A DNA stretch of 64,000 bases from Desulfovibrionales bacterium (GTDB lineage Bacteria > Desulfobacterota > Desulfovibrionia > Desulfovibrionales > Desulfomicrobiaceae), in the NCBI GenBank assembly GCA_012727715.1, contig JAAYGN010000197.1, positions 2,060 to 66,059 of the forward strand, read 5' to 3'. The translations under genes were made by a program, and so were the position numbers. Positions 58,431 through 64,000 of the stretch are shown one piece after another. The notes under the pieces were generated by a model. That model made no database searches and was not told where the DNA came from. It worked only from the letters and a program-made list of their open reading frames with translations. How positions within the stretch are numbered: position 1 is the stretch's first letter; the number at the start of each line of letters is the position of its first letter.

Positions 58431-60113
58431 CTATCTGGTCAATTGACGATATCGAATACGACGAGGGACAGCCAGCGTCTGCCCGGTGCGTCGTTTGTAA
58501 TCCTGCTCATATTCAGAATAATTCCCCTCAAACCACACAACCTGACTATCGCCCTCAAAGGCTAGAATATGCGTGGCAATACGATCCAGGAACCAGCGGT
58601 CATGAGAAATAACCACTGCGCATCCAGCAAAATTCTCCAAGGCTTCTTCCAAAGCGCGCATGGTGTTGACATCAAGATCATTGGTTGGTTCGTCCAAAAG
58701 CAAAACATTGGCTTCCTTTTTGAGCATCAGGGCCAGATGTAAACGATTGCGTTCACCACCTGAAAGCATGCCTACCAATTTTTGTTGGTCCGCACCGGAA
58801 AAATTGAACTTACTGACATAAGCCCTGGAATTGATCTCACGCCCACCGAGAGAAATTATATCATAACCCTCAGACACCATTTCCCAAACCGATTTCTTGG
58901 GATCCAAAATATCACGATCCTGATCCACATGGGCCAAATGTACAGTTTGCCCTAAACGGATGCTTCCTCCATCAGGCTGTTCCTGTCCGGTAATCATGCG
59001 AAAAAGAGTGGTTTTTCCTGCGCCATTGGGACCAATGACTCCGACAATACCTCCTGGAGGCAAGGTAAAACTCATATCTTCAATGAGCAGCTTGTCTTCA
59101 TAAGCCTTGCGCACATGTTCAGCCTCAATAACAACATCCCCCAAACGCGGCCCAGGGGGGATAAAAAGCTCCAAGGATTTGATCTTGTCCCGTGTTTCCT
59201 GATGTAATAAACTCTCATAAGCTGAAATTCTCGCTTTAGCCTTGGTATGCCTTCCTTTGGGAGACATATTGATCCATTCCAGCTCATGTTTAAGGGTTCT
59301 TTGTCTGGCACTCTCTTCTTTTTCTTCCTGAGCCAGACGGTTTTGTTTCTGCTCAAGCCAGGAGGAATAGTTCCCTTTCCAGGGGATACCCACTCCACGA
59401 TCCAACTCCAAAATCCAGCCAGCCACATTATCCAGAAAATATCGGTCATGGGTAACAGCAATAATGGTCCCTTGATATTGCTGAAGATGATGCTCAAGCC
59501 AGGCAATGGTTTCAGCATCGAGATGGTTGGTGGGTTCATCCAAAAGGAGGATGTCCGGCTTTTGTAGCAAAAGACGACACAGGGCTACCCGGCGTTTCTC
59601 TCCACCGGACAGGATACCGACCTTGGTCGCAGATTCAGGACAGCGCAGGGCCTCCATGGCCATTTCCAGCCTGGAATCAAGATCCCAAGCATCAGCTGCC
59701 TCCAATTTTTCCTGTACTTCCCCCTGACGAGCAATGAGTGCATCCATTGCTTCATCACTCATGGGCTCGGCAAATTGCGCATTGATAGTCTCAAATTCAG
59801 CCATAAGGTCAACTATGTCCTGAACCGCTTCCTGAACGACTTCAAGGACAGTTTTTTCAGGATCAAAACTTGGCTCCTGCTCCAAATAGCCAATGGAAAA
59901 ACCAGGAGATATGGAAATTTGGCCATTATACTCCTTGTCCACACCAGCCATAATTTTAAGCAAAGAACTTTTTCCAGAACCATTAAGGCCCAAAACCCCT
60001 ATCTTGGCACCATAAAAAAAGGATAGGGAAATATCTTTGATCACTGGTTTTTTATCATAAAACCTGGATACTTTATGCATGGAATAAATAATTTTATTGG
60101 GCTCATCACTCAT
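58431..60113 (-). CDS. ettA: Energy-dependent translational throttle EttA (ABC-F)
   Basis: LSFFYGAKIGVLGLNGSGKS, two ABC domains, GIPWKGNYSSWL, RIRYRQLTR. Confidence 0.95.
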   Translation of the reverse strand: MSDEPNKIIYSMHKVSRFYDKKPVIKDISLSFFYGAKIGVLGLNGSGKSSLLKIMAGVDKEYNGQISISPGFSIGYLEQEPSFDPEKTVLEVVQEAVQDIVDLMAEFETINAQFAEPMSDEAMDALIARQGEVQEKLEAADAWDLDSRLEMAMEALRCPESATKVGILSGGEKRRVALCRLLLQKPDILLLDEPTNHLDAETIAWLEHHLQQYQGTIIAVTHDRYFLDNVAGWILELDRGVGIPWKGNYSSWLEQKQNRLAQEEKEESARQRTLKHELEWINMSPKGRHTKAKARISAYESLLHQETRDKIKSLELFIPPGPRLGDVVIEAEHVRKAYEDKLLIEDMSFTLPPGGIVGVIGPNGAGKTTLFRMITGQEQPDGGSIRLGQTVHLAHVDQDRDILDPKKSVWEMVSEGYDIISLGGREINSRAYVSKFNFSGADQQKLVGMLSGGERNRLHLALMLKKEANVLLLDEPTNDLDVNTMRALEEALENFAGCAVVISHDRWFLDRIATHILAFEGDSQVVWFEGNYSEYEQDYKRRTGQTLAVPRRIRYRQLTR

Positions 60114-60205
60114 ACGTCACCTCAAAAAATAAAAGAGTTCACGTTCATGCATCTTCACTGCAGAACCATGAAAAATGAAAGAGATACATTGGAAAAAATA
60201 TAGAA

Positions 60206-60874
60206 CTAGTGACCAAAGCCTGGAATCTTGAGTTTGTTTTCCAACCTACTCAGACCCCAAGACGCCACACTGACCAAGACCAGGTAATAAAGCCCCACAA
60301 CCAAAAAGACTTCACTAAAACGAAAACTTTCACTGGCCACCACTTTAGCTTTGCCAGTCAGCTCAAAACAGGTGATGACATAGGCCAAAGACGAATATTT
60401 GATCAGATAGACAATTTCATTGCCGCAACCAGGCAAGGCACGGCGAAAGGCCTGGGGGATAATAATGGTTGTCAATGTTTTCAATGTTGAAAAACCAAGG
60501 GCCTGAGCAGCCAAAAGCTGACCTTGTTTAATAGATAGCAAGCCGCCACGTATATACTCGGAATGATAGGCCGCACTGCAAAAAGTAAACCCAAGCACTG
60601 CCGCTGTATATGGCTCAAGATAAATCCCAATTCCTGGGAGACCAAAATATAAAATAAACAACTGAATGACCAAAGGTGTGCCTCGAAAAAGAGCTGCATA
60701 CCCGTTGGCTAAAGGTTTGATGATACCCCGCCCAAAGGCCCGACATGTTCCCACAACCACCCCAAAGAACAGGCCCAAAACAGCTGAAGGCACAATAAGC
60801 TTTACGGACATAATCAGCCCTTCATTGAGAGCTGGAATGAGACGGTGAAGCAAAAATACTAATTCTTCGTTCAC
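60206..60874 (-). CDS. Polar amino-acid ABC permease
   Basis: FRGTPLVIQL, AYHSEYIRGG, LIKYSSL. Confidence 0.9.
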   Translation of the reverse strand: MNEELVFLLHRLIPALNEGLIMSVKLIVPSAVLGLFFGVVVGTCRAFGRGIIKPLANGYAALFRGTPLVIQLFILYFGLPGIGIYLEPYTAAVLGFTFCSAAYHSEYIRGGLLSIKQGQLLAAQALGFSTLKTLTTIIIPQAFRRALPGCGNEIVYLIKYSSLAYVITCFELTGKAKVVASESFRFSEVFLVVGLYYLVLVSVASWGLSRLENKLKIPGFGH

Positions 60875-61641
60875 ACGCCACCTTCAACATCCAAAATCTG
60901 GGAGCAAAAATCCAAAGTTCGTGTCTTGGAGCCTTCAGCAAGAAGCACGCGAGGACTACCCTGCTCAATAATGCGCCCTTCTTGCATAAAAAGAACTTCA
61001 TCAGCCAAAGACCTGGTAAAACCCATCTGATGGGTGGCCATGATCATGGTCATCCCGTTTTGTGCCAAACCGCGAATAACAGCCAAAACTTCACTGACAA
61101 GCTCTGGGTCCAAGGCTGAAGTAGGTTCATCTAAAAGCATGACTTTGGGGTCCATGGCCAAAGCTCGGGCTATGGAGACCCTTTGTTTTTGTCCGCCTGA
61201 TAATTCCGCAGGATACAAATGTCCTTTGTCTGCAAGACCAACCCGATCAAGTTCCGACAACGCACGCTCACGGGCTTGTTTTTTGCTCATGCCCCGTACT
61301 TTGCGCAAAGCAATACTGACATTATCCAGGGCACAAAGATGATCAAAAAGATTAAAATCTTGAAAAATCATCCCTACTTGTTGCCGAAACAAACACAACT
61401 CACGATGATTGCCGGGATCAATATGCTGGCCCAAGAGCTCAATATGCCCACGATCTGGAGCAATGAGATAATTCATACATTGCAAAAGAGTACTCTTTCC
61501 GCCTCCAGACGGCCCGATGAGCACCTTCATCTCACCTTCATAAAGGTTCAAGCTAATGGATTTTAGAATTTCACGGCCACCCAAGCTTTTAGAAATCCCA
61601 TGTACTCGCATAAGAGGAGTCTTGGCATTGGTCTGCATCAA
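60871..61641 (-). CDS. Polar amino-acid ABC ATP-binding protein (GlnQ-like)
   Basis: GPSGGGKST, LSGGQKQRV, LDEPTSALDPE. Confidence 0.92.
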   Translation of the reverse strand: MMQTNAKTPLMRVHGISKSLGGREILKSISLNLYEGEMKVLIGPSGGGKSTLLQCMNYLIAPDRGHIELLGQHIDPGNHRELCLFRQQVGMIFQDFNLFDHLCALDNVSIALRKVRGMSKKQARERALSELDRVGLADKGHLYPAELSGGQKQRVSIARALAMDPKVMLLDEPTSALDPELVSEVLAVIRGLAQNGMTMIMATHQMGFTRSLADEVLFMQEGRIIEQGSPRVLLAEGSKTRTLDFCSQILDVEGGV

Positions 61642-62306
61642 TGTACGTAACCTTTTATTCTGACACGTTTTTCCAAAGACCTTAGCAGAATAAGTCCAAT
61701 CCAGGTCAAGATAAAATACATCACTGCCGCGGTCAGATACAACGGCAAGTGTTGATAGGTTCGAGAAGCCACAAAATGGGTTCTGGCCATTATTTCACTG
61801 GCCCCTAGTACAAAAGCCAATGCCGAGTCCTTGAGAATAATGGAATATTCATTGGACCAACCAGGAATGGATAAACGCAGGGCTTGCGGTAAAATAATAG
61901 TCCTAATGGCCATGGCATTGGACATGCCCAGGGCCTGGGCTGCTTTAAGTTGTCCCCTGGACAAAGATAAAATAGAACCGCGAAAAATTTGAGACTGATA
62001 TGCACCGCTGGTCATGCCCAGGACAATGGTGGCCGCTACAACAGCACTGAGATTAAGCCCAAGCAAGGTAAAAAGACCAAAGTAAAAAAGAAAAAGCAGG
62101 ACTAAAATGGGGATTCCCCGAAAAAACCAGACATAAAGCCCACACAATATCCGTATCAGCCGCCCACCATACACCTGTCCCACGGCTAAAGGTACGCCAA
62201 TAAAAAGCCCCAAAAACATGGCCCCAATCACAGCCACAATGGTCACGGCCGCGCCTTGGAGCACGTAGGGCAAAGCATCCATTAAAACATCTAAGGTCTC
62301 GTGCAT
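61638..62306 (-). CDS. Polar amino-acid ABC permease
   Basis: FRGIPILV, AYQSQIFRG, LKDSAL. Confidence 0.9.
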   Translation of the reverse strand: MHETLDVLMDALPYVLQGAAVTIVAVIGAMFLGLFIGVPLAVGQVYGGRLIRILCGLYVWFFRGIPILVLLFLFYFGLFTLLGLNLSAVVAATIVLGMTSGAYQSQIFRGSILSLSRGQLKAAQALGMSNAMAIRTIILPQALRLSIPGWSNEYSIILKDSALAFVLGASEIMARTHFVASRTYQHLPLYLTAAVMYFILTWIGLILLRSLEKRVRIKGYVH

Positions 62307-62332
62307 GGATCGGTTAAACCTTATAAACTGAC

Positions 62333-62370
62333 AAAAAAACGGGAAGGCCAAAGCACAGTCTGACCTTCCC
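62333..62370 (-). terminator. Terminator-like hairpin between binding-protein and permease genes
   Basis: GGGAAGG...CCTTCCC stem followed by T7 on the minus strand. Confidence 0.6.
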
Positions 62371-62393
62371 CTAAGGATTGGCTAAGGATAAAA

Positions 62394-63134
62394 TCAGTTC
62401 AAATACTTATCAATAAGTTCGTCCCAATAGGGATCAGCCATGAGCAACTCAAAACCTTTATTCAGGGTTTCCAAAAGCTCAGTATCTTCCTTACGGACTG
62501 CTGCACCAAATTCTTCAATTTCACCAAAAGAACCAATAATCTTTACCGGTTTTTTCTTTTCAGCATCCCGGGCCGGAGGATAATTCATACCCGCAGCAGC
62601 AATGCGACCATTGAGTACATCTTCTGTGGCCATGGGTGAGGAATCATAAAGTTTAATGGTAAATTTCCAGCCTTGTTTTTCCTTTTCATCGGCCATCCAT
62701 TTGGCTTCAGAAGTGCCCGCCTGCATGCCTATGGTGATATCCTTGTCGTAAATATCTTCGGCCTTGAGATCAGAATCTTTCTTGGCAATCAAAACATTTT
62801 TTACTTCCCAATACGTATTGGAAAAATTAACTTTTTGAGCTCGCTCTTCAGTGATACTCATGCCAGAACAAATAAAATCAATTTTTTTAGCCAGCAAATT
62901 GGGAATAATACCATCCCAGTCCACAGGAACATGCTTGACCTGAAAACCCATTTTTGCAGCAATCCAATCAACAGCATCCACATCAAAACCGCTTGGCTTG
63001 CCACTTTGGTCAATATAGGCAAAAGGTGGGTAGTTGGCGTCAATGCCGTTGATATAAGCTTTGTCTTGAGCCAGAGCAGTACCCATGGTCAGGCACACCA
63101 AAATGGCAAACAAAAAGGCAACACGTTGTAGCAT
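62394..63134 (-). CDS. Polar amino-acid ABC substrate-binding protein (family 3)
   Basis: Signal peptide, GIDANYPPF, GFDVD, WDGIIPNL, GMSITEER. Confidence 0.9.
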   Translation of the reverse strand: MLQRVAFLFAILVCLTMGTALAQDKAYINGIDANYPPFAYIDQSGKPSGFDVDAVDWIAAKMGFQVKHVPVDWDGIIPNLLAKKIDFICSGMSITEERAQKVNFSNTYWEVKNVLIAKKDSDLKAEDIYDKDITIGMQAGTSEAKWMADEKEKQGWKFTIKLYDSSPMATEDVLNGRIAAAGMNYPPARDAEKKKPVKIIGSFGEIEEFGAAVRKEDTELLETLNKGFELLMADPYWDELIDKYLN

Positions 63135-63327
63135 CTTCTCCATCCTCATGAAAATGTTTAACAAAAATACGAGCCACCAAACAACACTGGTCAGATCATG
63201 CCTGAGGGCTATCTCCACAAGAACAACCAAGTGTCAAATAAATCCAGGTAACTTCCTAGCAAGGGTATGGCATAACCTGGAGTTCATAAATAAAACAGGT
63301 ATAGTTATTTTGTAAAAACTGCAACTC

Positions 63328-64000
63328 ATGTCCATGCCCACAAAGAATGTGAAAAACCAACAAAAAGCCTACTTGTACGCCCTGGTGGCAATCTTTTTTT
63401 GGTCCACTGTTGCCACAGCCTTTAAGCTCTCCCTGCGTTATTTTCAACCAGAGGCCATGCTTTTTTATGCATCGCTGACCTCAACCTTGGTGCTGGGTCT
63501 GATAATAATCCGGCAAAAGAAAATAACAATCCTAAGGACCTTATCCTGGAAAGATGTTCGTCTTTCTCTACTTTTGGGTGGCCTCAATCCATTTTTATAT
63601 TACGTAATTTTAATCCGCGCCTATGATTTGCTTCGTGCTCAACAAGCCCAGGCCATCAACTATACCTGGGCCATTACCATGAGTTTATTGGCTATCCCTC
63701 TTTTAGGACAGCGTTTACGCCTCGTGCAATTTCTGGCCATATTTTTAAGTTATCTCGGTGCTGTGATTATTGCCACCCAAGGAGATCTGACTGGTTTATC
63801 CATGGAAAGCCCTGTGGGTTTTGTATTGGCCATGGCCAGTACAGTGATCTGGTCTTTATTTTGGATTTTTAGCGTCAAAGATCAGATGGACCCTGTCCTG
63901 CGTCTTTTTCTCAATTTTTGCTGCGGACTGGTATATACTGGTCTGTGGTCCCTCATGTGTCAGGCATCCCTGGCCTCCAACTTGGGAGGACTTGTGGGCT
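63328..64000 (+). CDS. DMT/EamA-family transporter (partial, runs off window end)
   Basis: Not in ORF track; ...AYLYALVAIFFWSTVATAFKLSL...LGGLNPFLYYVILIRAYDLLRAQQAQAINYTWAI..., open to 64000. Confidence 0.88.
   Translation, partial: MSMPTKNVKNQQKAYLYALVAIFFWSTVATAFKLSLRYFQPEAMLFYASLTSTLVLGLIIIRQKKITILRTLSWKDVRLSLLLGGLNPFLYYVILIRAYDLLRAQQAQAINYTWAITMSLLAIPLLGQRLRLVQFLAIFLSYLGAVIIATQGDLTGLSMESPVGFVLAMASTVIWSLFWIFSVKDQMDPVLRLFLNFCCGLVYTGLWSLMCQASLASNLGGLVG

Noticed and set aside
525-63447. Many 60-240 aa antisense or alternate-frame ORFs in the track (e.g. 1886..2602, 12285..12881, 43151..43741)
   Set aside because: They overlap well-supported genes, lack motifs and SDs, and are typical shadow ORFs.
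1-64000. CRISPR arrays, tRNA/rRNA, integrases, transposases, prophage or defence genes
   Set aside because: No regularly spaced repeats, tRNA T-loop/CCA structures or such ORFs were seen by eye; tRNAscan/Infernal were not run.

Overview
64 kb of mostly core chromosome from an anaerobic sulfate-reducer-like bacterium. The Desulfovibrionales-type assignment is an inference from gene content (Orange-protein cluster, fused SucCD, HesB-like selenoprotein, DUF4390-ntrYX). Left to right: a DUF134/Orange-protein (ORP) metal-cofactor operon; an orphan motAB stator pair; a bioB-dehydratase-reductase mini-operon next to a MITE/REP-like element; a housekeeping run (pcm, mrp, SLT, pgsA, pilT/pilU, ftsB, fbp, tsaD, trxA, bamD); a giant DUF748 protein; PiT/DUF47; a TonB receptor-methyltransferase-FecCD ABC uptake operon; a DUF2868/DUF3482 GTPase pair with an in-frame UGA; a hybrid kinase-diguanylate cyclase pair and two Cache kinases; pgeF, 5-FTHF cyclo-ligase and xth; a UGA-recoded HesB-like selenoprotein missed by the ORF track, beside a TtuA/TtuB-like pair; ntrYX, sucCD, zntB, ettA; a polar amino-acid ABC transporter; and a partial DMT gene. 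I found no rRNA, tRNA, CRISPR array, transposase or prophage. All family calls come from motif recognition by eye, without database searches. Several start codons were moved from the ORF track using SD sequences and overlaps.
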